IMG/VR virus record: IMGVR_UViG_2738541308_000001
Coordinates: 20,260-84,259 of that record
Reading direction: 5' to 3' (one strand)
Source: a virus
Taxonomy: Duplodnaviria > Caudoviricetes
DNA: 64,000 bases
Shown: positions 1 to 9,886 of the stretch, in pieces
Layout: each line of letters begins with the position of its first letter
Numbering within the stretch: the stretch's first letter is position 1
Position numbers and translations under genes: made by a program
Notes under the pieces: model-generated
The model's database searches: none
What the model was told of the DNA's origin: nothing
Seen by the model: the letters and a program-made list of their open reading frames with translations, nothing else

Positions 1-486
1 TCCGGCTCCGTTGCCGGGCTCAGTTGTCGGGGTACCAACCGTGAACGAAGTCCGAGCTAGCGTGTAGACGACTTTCCCGTCCCAGTCCTGGCATAGGGCC
101 CCCGCCACGTATTCGCCGTCCCTGAGGAACGGAATCGTCAGGGTTTTCGTCTCGCCAGGCTGAAGGTAGGCGTACGACTCGAACGACGGGTTGTCGGCTG
201 CTGTCGGGGATGCAGGATTGCCGACTAGCCAATTTCGTGGATTGTTCGCCAGGTCGAGCAGTGGACTTGCGTCCATGAGTTTGGCGTCCTGGGCTGTGTG
301 CACCCACGGCCCCTGGCAATTGCCGTTCCGGGTGAGACTGTCCGGCGCGTGAATGGTCACGACGGCCGAGTTGGTTCCAGGCTCAACGGAAATAGTGGCG
401 GGCGTCGGCGCTGCCATAGCAATCGCAGGAACCGCGAGGGCTGCCGCTGCTGTGAGTGTGGTGATGGTCGCGAAGCGTTTAATCAT
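1..486 (-). CDS. Secreted protein, runs off window edge
   Basis: Manual translation MIKRFATITTLTAAAALAVPAIAMAAPTPA... open to position 1; signal-peptide-like N-terminus; GAAGGGA upstream. Confidence 0.7.
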   Translation of the reverse strand, partial: MIKRFATITTLTAAAALAVPAIAMAAPTPATISVEPGTNSAVVTIHAPDSLTRNGNCQGPWVHTAQDAKLMDASPLLDLANNPRNWLVGNPASPTAADNPSFESYAYLQPGETKTLTIPFLRDGEYVAGALCQDWDGKVVYTLARTSFTVGTPTTEPGNGAG

Positions 487-643
487 GCCGGCGATGTCCC
501 TTCTTTGGATGAATCCAGAAAGAGTACCAATCGGTCGGCATAACCGAACGGGAGTTGACCCCACTTGTCGAACAGGCGGAACGAAGAGAGTGCCCCCGGA
601 CAGGGTGATGTTGCCTGCCGGGGCTTCGTTCTCGGGTGAGGAG

Positions 644-892
644 CTACGCGGCGTCCTTATCAACATCAACGTCATAGAACGCCGCGTAGGCGTTGAACGG
701 CTCGATCACCTCAGTGATGTATCGAACGGCGATGTGGTGACGGTCCGGCGAATACTCAGGCTGAACGACCGCGACCGCATCAGGGTGCTCGCCGCGGACT
801 GCGCATACTCGCCCCGTCAGTGACGGGCCGTTCGCAATCGTAAGTTCAACTCGGATGTTCTTAGCTGCGGCATAGGTGAGGAAATTCAACAT
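644..892 (-). CDS. Small protein, possible Sm/Hfq-like fold
   Basis: AGGAG RBS; helix then IRVELTIANGPSLTGRV and HHIAVRYITEV resemble Sm1/Sm2 motifs. Confidence 0.5.
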   Translation of the reverse strand: MLNFLTYAAAKNIRVELTIANGPSLTGRVCAVRGEHPDAVAVVQPEYSPDRHHIAVRYITEVIEPFNAYAAFYDVDVDKDAA

Positions 893-1045
893 GTGGCGGT
901 GCTCCTGGGTTGTCTCACTGATGTCGACGGCCGGTCGCCGTCGCTGCGCCGAGACTACACACACTCAACGCTCTACGGCAACCAAGGAAGCATCGAAAGA
1001 TGTTCTGGTAGTTAGTGTTTGACACTTCCCTGGCTGCTGGTCGAC

Positions 1046-1300
1046 CTACTCCGCAGGTTTGCAGTGGTTCGCATCGGCGACTTCCATCATCAGCTGAGGG
1101 ATGAAAGTGTTGATATCCCTACCGAGGTAGGAAATCTCCTTGGCACGGAACCGTTCGGAGATGATAGCGACGTAGTCGTTCCACCACACCCCGAAGGCGG
1201 TCGCGGTGTCGTGCTCGCTACCTTCTCGGCCGGCGGCGAACGCTGCCCGTGCCATTGCCTTGTGCTTCTGCATCACGAAGCGGACTTGACTCTCGCTCAT
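1046..1300 (-). CDS. Hypothetical phage protein
   Basis: Coupled to upstream ORF (TGATG overlap). Confidence 0.65.
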   Translation of the reverse strand: MSESQVRFVMQKHKAMARAAFAAGREGSEHDTATAFGVWWNDYVAIISERFRAKEISYLGRDINTFIPQLMMEVADANHCKPAE

Positions 1301-1587
1301 CACCAATCACCGTCTTCGTATTCGTCAGGCGGAATCGGTGTGACGGTGAAGCGTTCGTCTTCGATCTTGGTTTCGGTTCCGTCCTCGTGCAGGATGCTGC
1401 TGTCATAACTGGCTTCGACTTCTATGTCGTGAATCTTCTCGATGCCAAAGTCTCGGAGCGGGTTACCTTTACCGACCGTGATTCGGAGGTTCGGCCCCCA
1501 CTTCGCTTTCCATTGCTCGTGGCTGTCGGCGATCTTCTGCAGGATCTTCACCAGTAGCTCAGCCTGGCTGTCGGTGTAGTCGCTCAT
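1300..1587 (-). CDS. Hypothetical phage protein
   Basis: Start/stop overlaps on both sides. Confidence 0.65.
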   Translation of the reverse strand: MSDYTDSQAELLVKILQKIADSHEQWKAKWGPNLRITVGKGNPLRDFGIEKIHDIEVEASYDSSILHEDGTETKIEDERFTVTPIPPDEYEDGDW

Positions 1588-2177
1588 GACTCCCCGTCCA
1601 AAGCTGTGCCGATGAGTCGTGCTGCTCCCCACTGCGCTATGAGATTTCCGCCGCGCAGGAATAGGTCACCTTTCAGCGCTTCCACCCTGGCGATCGTGGC
1701 GTGCGCAGTAGCAAGTGCGGCATCTTGGACCGCCAGCGCTCGCCGAAGATCCTCAATCACCAATCGGCTCGGGACTTCACGCTCGGCTTCGAGTTCCGCT
1801 ACCCGAACGATCAAACGTTGGACTTCCTGCTGAGCGACGCCGATCATTTCCCACACCGGCTCGGGTGGCCGTTCCTCTTCGTCCCAGCATTCGATCTCGG
1901 ACTGTGCCATGTGGCCGATCATGTGTTCAAGCGCGGCGTACGTTGTGGGCCGTTCGTAGGTGAAGCCGGTCGGAGTCGTCTTCGGCCATCCGTGCAGCCC
2001 GTTGGTGCGCTGCTCCACCACCAACTTGAAGGCAGCCGAGTTACGGAGGTCGGCAAGAGCTGCAACGTAGCCCGCGTCATAGTTGTCTTCCTCATGGTTC
2101 GGAGCAGGTGCATCCGTGATGAGTTCCGTCAGGTGCGCTGCGATGAGGTCGGTCAACCTCGGATCAGGCGCGGTCAC
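1584..2177 (-). CDS. Hypothetical coiled-coil phage protein
   Basis: ORF in coupled leftward operon. Confidence 0.7.
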   Translation of the reverse strand: MTAPDPRLTDLIAAHLTELITDAPAPNHEEDNYDAGYVAALADLRNSAAFKLVVEQRTNGLHGWPKTTPTGFTYERPTTYAALEHMIGHMAQSEIECWDEEERPPEPVWEMIGVAQQEVQRLIVRVAELEAEREVPSRLVIEDLRRALAVQDAALATAHATIARVEALKGDLFLRGGNLIAQWGAARLIGTALDGES

Positions 2178-2368
2178 GACGACACCCCTTCCGGCTTCGC
2201 TGGAGTGACATCGTCAATCCGAACTTGTACGGCCACCGCCAGCCGACCCTCGCGCCGTGCGTACAGCCAATTCCTCGTGATGCGCGTGACTTTGAGTGGT
2301 GGACCAATTGGACCGAACATCACTTCCGGCTTGAGGTCTACGAGGTCGCCAACCTTGATCTCGCTCAT
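2174..2368 (-). CDS. Small hypothetical protein (SH3/KOW-like IKVGDLV start)
   Basis: GGAGGG RBS, coupled to neighbour. Confidence 0.6.
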   Translation of the reverse strand: MSEIKVGDLVDLKPEVMFGPIGPPLKVTRITRNWLYARREGRLAVAVQVRIDDVTPAKPEGVSS

Positions 2369-2370
2369 GC

Positions 2371-3675
2371 TCACCCCTCCACGGCCGCAACGAACGGGGC
2401 GAGAGTTCCGACAGGTGCGCCGTTCCACAGCCTGTGGTCGCCGTTGGGAGTGATCCGGTACCCCAACGCGGTCTTGACGATGTAGCTCGGACCGGTATAT
2501 CCAGCGGGCCGGAATGCAGCGCCAATCGGGATCTCTTCCACTGTTGCCCACTCGGTTTCGTTGGGGGCGGGTGTGTCGGCTCGTTTGGTGTTGTCGAGGG
2601 CGACGGCAAGCGCAAATGCACTCTCGGCAGCCCGATCAAGCTCAGCGACAGGAACTTCCTGGTAGATCGCGCCCTCGTTCTCGTCGAGGAAGTAGAGGCG
2701 GTACTCGTTGATTCCGGCGCGCACACCTCGTTCGAACTCGGTTTCGGTGGGGGCAGGGACAACCGGCGAGGAGGTGTACGGGATGCGTAGCGCCCAGAAT
2801 CCGTCGCCACGATCAATCCATTCACCGACCGAAATGCTTGCGCCCTGAGGGTTCTCCACCTCCACGAATCGCCCCGAGTCGTGCGACGGTGGGCCATCGA
2901 ACACGATGTCGATGAACTCGCCCTCCTTTGCCGTCGTAGGTGTTGCGACTTGCTTCTCACCGAAGAGTGTTGGGCGGTAGTGCCCATAGGTGCGGGGCTG
3001 GTCCGGATTGAATGAGTCGTCGCGGACGATGAAGCCGCCCTTGACCAGTGATTCGATGTCCTCAGTCCAGTAGCGCCAGGCCCAACCATCAGGCTTACTG
3101 GTCGCGCTGGAGGCGGCGATGCTGCGGAGTGTGAGCAGCTGCTCGTCGGTCAACGCCTCCGCTTTCGTCTCCTCCTCGGCGGGTTCACCAGGGGCGGGTG
3201 GGTCGATGTGGTGATGTGCAGTGTGTCCGTCTCGACGTTTGCACTGAAGGCAGCCATGTTGCTCGGTTTCCGCATAGAAGTCGCAACGCTCCTCGTCGGC
3301 GGGTTCCGTTGCCGGGAACAGGGCAGGTGGCAGTAGCGGATTCTCGGGCCACTTCATCACGCCGAGTGCATCCCGTGACAATTCAGCGAAACGCGGGTCG
3401 GCTGCCATGCGCTGGTAGTGCGACCACTGTTCGGCGGTGAGTGTCATACCGCCGGCACGGGCGAGACGGCCAGCAGCGGTGAGATGCGCAAGAACAACCG
3501 CGGCCACCTCCTCCCATTGCGACCACCGATCGCATGTCACGGAGAGCTCTTCGACGAGGGCTGCAGTTTCAGGGGCATGTGTGGTGACATCAGCTGCATC
3601 GGCGCGCATCTCGGAGACTGCGGCTGCCATCTCCTGGCTGATCCTTGTGAACTTCTCGATTCGGCTCTCAGTCAT
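2371..3675 (-). CDS. Mosaic hypothetical phage protein
   Basis: Long ORF of short modules separated by Pro/Ala linkers. Confidence 0.7.
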   Translation of the reverse strand: MTESRIEKFTRISQEMAAAVSEMRADAADVTTHAPETAALVEELSVTCDRWSQWEEVAAVVLAHLTAAGRLARAGGMTLTAEQWSHYQRMAADPRFAELSRDALGVMKWPENPLLPPALFPATEPADEERCDFYAETEQHGCLQCKRRDGHTAHHHIDPPAPGEPAEEETKAEALTDEQLLTLRSIAASSATSKPDGWAWRYWTEDIESLVKGGFIVRDDSFNPDQPRTYGHYRPTLFGEKQVATPTTAKEGEFIDIVFDGPPSHDSGRFVEVENPQGASISVGEWIDRGDGFWALRIPYTSSPVVPAPTETEFERGVRAGINEYRLYFLDENEGAIYQEVPVAELDRAAESAFALAVALDNTKRADTPAPNETEWATVEEIPIGAAFRPAGYTGPSYIVKTALGYRITPNGDHRLWNGAPVGTLAPFVAAVEG

Positions 3676-3891
3676 TTCGTACTCTGTCCGTCGTAGTTGA
3701 TGGTTATCTACCTCGACACTAGACACCGGAGGTGTGCAGCGCCGCTTGTCGATTCACTCAGGGCTGAACCGCGCGCTCACGATCCCGACGAATGCAGCGA
3801 GCGTCGTACGCCAGCGCCCACAGCATCACCCGACCCCGCGCCCGCTGCTTCGCGCGCAAGTAATGCCACCGCGCCAACTCCGCGTAGTACC

Positions 3892-4161
3892 TCACGACAA
3901 CCACCCCGCATCCTCACGGTCCTCGACGTACTGCCCGCCTGGGGGATGGTCGTACGCCGAGGCAAGCGCCGCCCGTACTGTCTCGGACGACGCCGCAGCC
4001 AGATTCGCATCCCGCCTCGCGCGCCAGTCCTCCCAATCCCAGCCAGCGCCCGCGTCGATGACGTACTCGGCACTCTTCACCGGTACGCCGTCCACGAACA
4101 CATACACATCCGTCGGGCCGTCCGGATCCCGAACGACAATCGTTTCGATCTTCGCGCTCAT
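3892..4161 (-). CDS. Hypothetical phage protein
   Basis: Coupled ORF with phage-like composition. Confidence 0.7.
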   Translation of the reverse strand: MSAKIETIVVRDPDGPTDVYVFVDGVPVKSAEYVIDAGAGWDWEDWRARRDANLAAASSETVRAALASAYDHPPGGQYVEDREDAGWLS

Positions 4162-4382
4162 TCGCCTGCCACCTCTCCGCTGCGCACGATCAACGCCGTG
4201 TAGTCGTACACATCGACATCGATGTCTGCGCGCGACTCAGCGTCGATGTCGATCGTCACGACACCGGAATCGTGCACGTACAAATGCACATTGACCCGCT
4301 TGCTCAGATTGGGGTCGCCAGCCGGAATGAGGGACACAACTGCCTCATTCTCGTTTGACGAAATCACCTCTACGTTCATCAT
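4158..4382 (-). CDS. Hypothetical acidic protein
   Basis: GGAG RBS, ATGA overlap. Confidence 0.6.
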   Translation of the reverse strand: MMNVEVISSNENEAVVSLIPAGDPNLSKRVNVHLYVHDSGVVTIDIDAESRADIDVDVYDYTALIVRSGEVAGE

Positions 4383-4834
4383 CGCTCTCCGTTCCTTCGT
4401 AACAACTTCCGTGCTGGAAGTGCAGGCTGCTCGTCTCGCATCCCCATCCGATACGAGCAACCAGCGCCCCCAGCAGGGGGTTTCAACCTCAGAAATACGC
4501 AACCCAATGCGGCCACACACCCGGCGCAGGGCCGGCCGCGACCGCGACGATCGGACGCCACGGACTCCACGGCGGCGTCCGGTACGCGTCAGGCTCGTGG
4601 CCCGGACACATCACCGCCTCACCATTGGTGACGGTCGGCGTCTGCACGCACTCGAAGTAATCGCAGTACGGCTGCGACAGCCGCACATGCGAGCGGACAA
4701 TCGGCTCAACGACGCATTCATTCATGCTCGATTCCTTCCTCAGGGTTCACTGGCGAACTGTCGCGCGGTGTGAAAAGGTGACCGACGGGACGAACCCTGG
4801 CGCGTCGCTTGCGTCAGGGCTCCTCCCGCCGAAC

Positions 4835-5191
4835 TCACACAGGTGACGCGTCGAACTGCGCCGCGATCCTCAGCAGCCGTTCCTGCCACACAACCGGCAA
4901 CGAGACAGTCTCGCCTTCGCCGTCGGTGGCCGTGAACACCACGATCCCGTAGTACGCCTGCCACGTGTACCCGAAGATCCGCGCAAGAGCCGTTGCCAAC
5001 AGGTTGACTTCCGGCTCGGCGACGCACAGACCTTCGTCGTCGATCCACATGTCGACCTCGTCGGGAACGAGCCGCACCACATCCACTGACCTGCAATCGA
5101 TCTCGCGATAGAACCCCTTCAACGTGTCGTCGCCGAGGTCTACCAGCGTCGCTGCGCCGTCAGTGTCAATCCGTACTGCCTGAACACCCAT
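4835..5191 (-). CDS. DUF3846-like protein
   Basis: MWIDDEGL...EVNLLAT...YYGIVVFT motif pattern. Confidence 0.75.
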   Translation of the reverse strand: MGVQAVRIDTDGAATLVDLGDDTLKGFYREIDCRSVDVVRLVPDEVDMWIDDEGLCVAEPEVNLLATALARIFGYTWQAYYGIVVFTATDGEGETVSLPVVWQERLLRIAAQFDASPV

Positions 5192-5296
5192 GATCGGGTT
5201 TCCTCTCCACTCGGGGGATGACCTACCACCCGAAGTTCGGACGGTAGGGGCTTGTGAACAGCCATCAGGGCTCGCCGGACGACGAAACAGGGGGAG

Positions 5297-5500
5297 TCAG
5301 GCGCCCACGAACAGACGGGCGCGCTTGAGAGAGTCGGAACTGTCGATCAAGTTCTGAGCGAGACTGTCGAGCGACTCACATGCATCGAGCAGCAACGCGG
5401 AATGTACGCACAAGACGGGATCGGTGACCAGCTTACGGAGCTGATCCTCGAGGGCCCGGACGTGGGACAGTGCAGCGAAATCTTCACGGAAGTCGGACAT
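5297..5500 (-). CDS. Hypothetical protein
   Basis: AGGAG RBS. Confidence 0.6.
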   Translation of the reverse strand: MSDFREDFAALSHVRALEDQLRKLVTDPVLCVHSALLLDACESLDSLAQNLIDSSDSLKRARLFVGA

Positions 5501-5609
5501 ATCGTTCTCCTAAGGGGATGACGACGAGCCCAAAAAGCCGTTCACAACACGGGACATGAGCAACCATCAAGGGCTGCCGGCCGGAGAGGTTGGGTGTCGA
5601 GCGGGTGGA

Positions 5610-5909
5610 TCAGTAGTGGAACGCTGCGAACGCCTCGACGACTTGCCAGTCGCCGTCGTGGACGTACTCGACGCTGGCACGTTCGCATGCGCGGTTGCGT
5701 GCCTTCACGTGCTGGTGGTGCTGCCCGGGGAACATGCCGGACGGAAGGTCCTTCCATCGCGGCGTGTGGCCCTGGAGGATCTGAACGAGGTAGAACTGCT
5801 CATGCTCGTCGCACCGAGCGGGCACGATGTCGAATGCGGTGTCCGGTTCGGTGATGAGCATGAGTACCGCAACTGCGCCAAAGAGATTCGCGATCTGAGA
5901 TGTGGGCAT
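5610..5909 (-). CDS. Hypothetical protein
   Basis: AGGAGG RBS. Confidence 0.6.
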   Translation of the reverse strand: MPTSQIANLFGAVAVLMLITEPDTAFDIVPARCDEHEQFYLVQILQGHTPRWKDLPSGMFPGQHHQHVKARNRACERASVEYVHDGDWQVVEAFAAFHY

Positions 5910-6008
5910 GTTTCCTCCTGTGTGGGGGTGACGTGCCGACAACCCTTAAAGGCTGCTCATGTCTGCTTTTCGTGCACCCTATGGGGCCACCGCCGGTGAT
6001 GGGCGGGG

Positions 6009-6251
6009 CTAGGGCTTGACGCCCCACTCCCGCATTCTCGCGACGTACTGTCCGAGAAGTGCCGGTTCGTGTTGTGCGAGGAGCTGCTGATATGCCGACG
6101 GCAGGGCCAGTCCGTCCCGGAACTGTCGTTCCCGGAGGGTGCTGTGTACCCGGATTTTGCCGCGCTGGATCTTGTTGTGAAGCAACTGTTCTGGGGTGAG
6201 ATGAGCGTTGCGCTCACGGGCTTTTTCTGCCAGGGTTGCGGTTGTTCGCAT
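6009..6251 (-). CDS. Hypothetical basic protein, first gene of leftward operon
   Basis: GGAAGG RBS; downstream of leftward promoter. Confidence 0.6.
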   Translation of the reverse strand: MRTTATLAEKARERNAHLTPEQLLHNKIQRGKIRVHSTLRERQFRDGLALPSAYQQLLAQHEPALLGQYVARMREWGVKP

Positions 6252-6302
6252 AGGGGTGACCTTCCGTGAGTGGAGGGTGGTCCTATGGGGTGCACGAATG
6301 TG

Positions 6303-6331
6303 CTCACACTGTGGAGTTCTCAAGGATCATG
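6303..6331 (-). promoter_or_regulatory. boxA-like antitermination motif
   Basis: Minus strand CATGATCCTTGAGAACTCCACAGTGTGAG, near copy at 32478-32506; resembles actinobacterial rrn leader boxA. Confidence 0.6.
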
Positions 6332-6465
6332 GGGGAGCGGATTTCACCCGACCAGATTCGGTGTCCGCACCCCAGCTGAGACTGGGGGGACTTACGGCCT
6401 TGCCGGCGGGCTTTCGTTGCCGGCTTCCAGTGGCCTTGTCAGTGACTGTCACTCACTGGCATGAC

Positions 6466-6499
6466 CATAGTTTGCACTATGGGTGCATAGTCTGTCAAC
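6466..6499 (-). promoter_or_regulatory. Leftward promoter with CTATG-N4-CATAG operator between -35 and -10
   Basis: TTGACA-18nt-CAAACT on minus strand; 31/34 identical to 32680-32713. Confidence 0.7.
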
Positions 6500-6732
6500 A
6501 CTTGGGTTAGATCCCAGGTCAAGGGTGGTTTGTCATGCCCCCAGGTGGGAGCTAGGGGAGTGGCTACCCCCTGAGTGGTGGTCAGTATGGGCACTGCACT
6601 GGTGGCCCCCTGGTGGCCCCTGGGGGCTCAATTGCCCCTTGGGGTACCCAAGGGGGCAGGATGGCACTTTCTGGCCCCTTAAGGGCAAATAGGGGGCACT
6701 ATGACCAAATAGCCAGAATTAGCCCTGAGGAC

Positions 6733-6762
6733 TTGACACACTATGCCCCCATAGTGTTACCT
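6733..6762 (+). promoter_or_regulatory. Rightward promoter overlapped by palindromic operator ACACTATG-CCCC-CATAGTGT
   Basis: TTGACA at 6733, palindrome 6738-6757, AAGGAGG RBS downstream; -10 not clearly canonical. Confidence 0.6.
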
Positions 6763-6807
6763 CAGTGCATGAAACCAGCTGCCCCACAACACAAAGGAGG
6801 TGAACCA

Positions 6808-7092
6808 ATGACAATCAAACAACACCCCGAAAGCCGACACGCCCACGCGATCCAGGCCTACCAAGCGATCCGAGACCTCGCCGACGCGCGAGCCCAACTC
6901 GACAATCTCCGCGCCGACGAAGGCCCGAGGTACGAGGCCCAACTCGACGCCGTTGCCCGCGCCGAAATCGAACGCGCCCACTACGGCGACTATCCGGACA
7001 CTCACAACCCGTTCTGGAACGCCGCCGACAACCCGTTCGGCAACACCCCGCGTCGACCCGAATGGTACGAGAACGACCCGGTAGACGCCTGA
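6808..7092 (+). CDS. Hypothetical protein, first of rightward operon
   Basis: AAAGGAGGTG RBS. Confidence 0.75.
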   Translation: MTIKQHPESRHAHAIQAYQAIRDLADARAQLDNLRADEGPRYEAQLDAVARAEIERAHYGDYPDTHNPFWNAADNPFGNTPRRPEWYENDPVDA

Positions 7093-7209
7093 ATCAGGTG
7101 TCTACTATCCATCGCGACATCCGGTCGTCTACTATCCAACACAACACACAGAAACCGGATAGAATGGCAATGCCCCTGGCAGGGCGAACAATCCGAGAGG
7201 ACACCCACA

Positions 7210-7407
7210 ATGAACACCCCCAAAAACCGCAGAGCCCGGCACACATTCCGGCCCACCGACAACCGCGAACCCATCGCTGTCGAAACCCTCGCGAACCGCA
7301 TCCACCGCGAAACGCCGTTGCAGTCGTTCAAAGCCGACCAGCGCGCCATGATCCACGCCGAAGCACGGCGCAGCATGATCGCCGCAGGCAAGGAGCTGAA
7401 ACTGTGA
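7210..7407 (+). CDS. Hypothetical protein
   Basis: GAGGA RBS, coupled downstream. Confidence 0.6.
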   Translation: MNTPKNRRARHTFRPTDNREPIAVETLANRIHRETPLQSFKADQRAMIHAEARRSMIAAGKELKL

Positions 7408-7723
7408 CCACCGCACTCGTCCGCAACGTCCACCTCACCGACAACGAACGAGCCGCGCTCACCGAACTCGGCATCGACACCAACCAACGCGACGTCGCCA
7501 TCACCATCACCGCCGACACGTCCTGGCTCAACCTCACCGAGCCACACGCATGGATCGCCGATTGGCACACCGGCACCGACCACACCGATCGCGACGACAG
7601 CGGCACTCTCGACGAACTGCCCGAGCGCATCCAGGCAATCACCGACGACCCCGAGTTCAACCGGGGAGCCGGACTGTCCATCGAAATCTGCCGCTGGCAC
7701 CTCTGGATCAACGGGCACCTGTC

Positions 7724-8071
7724 ATGAGTCCCGAAACCTGCACCCTCAACATCGAATTCGCCGAAGAGGTCTACCAGTACCTCATCGATCACCCCGACGA
7801 ACACAACCAAGGGCAGTGGACGAAGACCACGCCATGCGGCACCGTCCGATGCATCGCCGGAACCGCCTGCCACCTCGCCGGATACGAAATCACCCCTGCT
7901 TTCGGTGTCACCGGTGCGCTCGCCTACACAGCCCGCAAGCTACTCGGACTCACCGCCTGGGAAGCCGACCGACTGTTCTTCCTCACCGACAACGAGGCAG
8001 CGCTGCACCTCTTCCGCGAATACATCGACCGCGCCGAAGACGAACGCGACGCAGCCCTCGTCCAGCTATGA
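7724..8071 (+). CDS. Hypothetical phage protein (HxQxxW..CGTxxCIAG family)
   Basis: Coupled ORF; paralog at 9887-10213. Confidence 0.7.
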   Translation: MSPETCTLNIEFAEEVYQYLIDHPDEHNQGQWTKTTPCGTVRCIAGTACHLAGYEITPAFGVTGALAYTARKLLGLTAWEADRLFFLTDNEAALHLFREYIDRAEDERDAALVQL

Positions 8072-8505
8072 GCACCACCTTCGAGGTAGAAGCCGACATC
8101 AGCTTCGACGACCTCGTACCCGCACCCAAAGCCCCACCACGCACCGTCGGCCACGACCCCCACATCGTGGCCGACAACTACCACTGGCTCCACACCACAG
8201 GCCACCCCGAAGACGTCATCGCCGAACGGCTCGGACTCGACCGGGAGACCCTTCGCAAACACCTCCGGACAGCCAACTACCAACCACCGCTTCTCGGCCG
8301 GAACCTCCACGTACAACGCACCATCGACCGACTCATCGCCACACGGCAGCCGTTCACCTGTGAATCGCTCCCCGAAGGCGACAGCAAATACGCCACCAAC
8401 TCACTAGTCCGGCTCGCACACAAACAGGGGCGCATCCGCAGGGCAGGAAAATCCACCCTCGGCTACATCCTCTGGGAAGCCACCACAGAACAGGCCAGCG
8501 CATGA
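8068..8505 (+). CDS. HTH DNA-binding protein
   Basis: EDVIAERLGLDRETLRKHL helix-turn-helix. Confidence 0.65.
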   Translation: MSTTFEVEADISFDDLVPAPKAPPRTVGHDPHIVADNYHWLHTTGHPEDVIAERLGLDRETLRKHLRTANYQPPLLGRNLHVQRTIDRLIATRQPFTCESLPEGDSKYATNSLVRLAHKQGRIRRAGKSTLGYILWEATTEQASA

Positions 8506-8668
8506 ACGCCAAACTCACAGCCGCGACCGCCATCGCGACCATCGGCGCCGCACTCACCGCCGCATCACTCATGGAACTCGGCAGCGCACTCCCGCTCACA
8601 GCCGCCCTCGCAGTCGGCATTGCCGGCATCTTCGGCCTCCTCATCGCACTCACCGCGAGCGTGCCCCG

Positions 8669-8866
8669 ATGACCGACACAACCAGCCGCACCCCGAACGC
8701 CGTCCACGTCTGCGGCCCCACCGCCGCCCAGCACGAGGAAATGATCACGGACCTGGCCTACGACCTGCGCGTCTGCGCCCGCTTCGCCACCGGCACACGA
8801 CTCACCCCCGACGAAGCCCGCGCCATCGCCGACGTCCTCGCCAACCAGCGAGGGTGGGTCCGATGA
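8669..8866 (+). CDS. Hypothetical protein
   Basis: Coupled small ORF. Confidence 0.55.
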   Translation: MTDTTSRTPNAVHVCGPTAAQHEEMITDLAYDLRVCARFATGTRLTPDEARAIADVLANQRGWVR

Positions 8867-9076
8867 CCCTCGAGGAACACGCCGAACACCTGATCCGGCA
8901 GGCCTACGACCTCGACCGCGAACCCGGCGACCCGGACTGGCCAGACCTGCCCGCCGACCTGAAATCGGCCGCAACCAACCTGATCCCCGCCGTCGTCGCG
9001 GCCCTGGAAACCAAACACCTCGAACCGGTCCGCTGACCGGCATCGACGGCAAACCAACGAGAGGAATGAGCTGAGC

Positions 9077-9397
9077 ATGCCCGCCCGCGACGCTCTGGCC
9101 GAGTTCCAGGCACTCGCAGAGCACTGGAAGGTCACCGCCCGCAAGCTCTACCACCGCGGCCGAACCCGCGAAGCGACGCAGTACGCGAACTTCGCCGACC
9201 AACTCGAAAAGACCATCGCGACAGCACCACTCGGCCAATCAGCGCCAGAACCGACCATCGAATACGGACTCCGCTGGCCCGACGGCCTCATCGTCCCGTG
9301 CACCCTCGACGAAGCCAAACGCTGGGTGCGCGACCCGACACTGAAACTCGTCGCCCGGCACGTCACCGAATGGCACAACAAGAAGAAAGCAGACTGA
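9077..9397 (+). CDS. Hypothetical phage protein
   Basis: ORF in operon with GAGGA upstream. Confidence 0.65.
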   Translation: MPARDALAEFQALAEHWKVTARKLYHRGRTREATQYANFADQLEKTIATAPLGQSAPEPTIEYGLRWPDGLIVPCTLDEAKRWVRDPTLKLVARHVTEWHNKKKAD

Positions 9398-9399
9398 CC

Positions 9400-9852
9400 A
9401 TGGCACTACCCGTCATCCGAGGCGAAACCGCCCGCCTCACACGTGATCCCGAGATCCGATTCACCGGCGGCGGCAAAGCCGTCGTCAACCTCGACCTCGC
9501 GTTCAACAAGAGAATCAAGGACCGAGCCACCCAGGAATGGAAAGACGGACCGACGCTGTTCGTCAAAGGCACTGCCTGGGAACAGTTCGCCGAGAACATC
9601 GCCGAATCGCTGAGCAAAGGCGACGAAGTGATCGTCTCCGGCGAACTCGACACCGACACCTACGACAAACGTGACGGCACCGGCCAAGGCTTCTCGGTCA
9701 CACTCGCCATCTACGCGATCGGCCCGAATCTCAAGAACGCCACCGCCAAAGCAACTCGCACCGCCAAAAACGACGGGGGAGGGCAGGGTACCTACGGCGG
9801 CGGCACCAGCAACGGGTACAGCGGCGCGAGCAGCGACGAACCACCGTTCTAG
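9400..9852 (+). CDS. ssb: Single-stranded DNA-binding protein
   Basis: LTRDPEIRFT, AENIAESLSKGDEVIVSG, acidic C-terminal DEPPF. Confidence 0.95.
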   Translation: MALPVIRGETARLTRDPEIRFTGGGKAVVNLDLAFNKRIKDRATQEWKDGPTLFVKGTAWEQFAENIAESLSKGDEVIVSGELDTDTYDKRDGTGQGFSVTLAIYAIGPNLKNATAKATRTAKNDGGGQGTYGGGTSNGYSGASSDEPPF

Positions 9853-9886
9853 CCGCCAACCGGCACATCCCCGAAAGGCCCGACCG

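Noticed and set aside
5969-6298. Imperfect inverted repeat TTCGTGCACCC flanking ORF 6009-6251 as invertible segment or MITE
   Set aside because: Only ~11 bp perfect, no recombinase/transposase nearby, no target duplication seen
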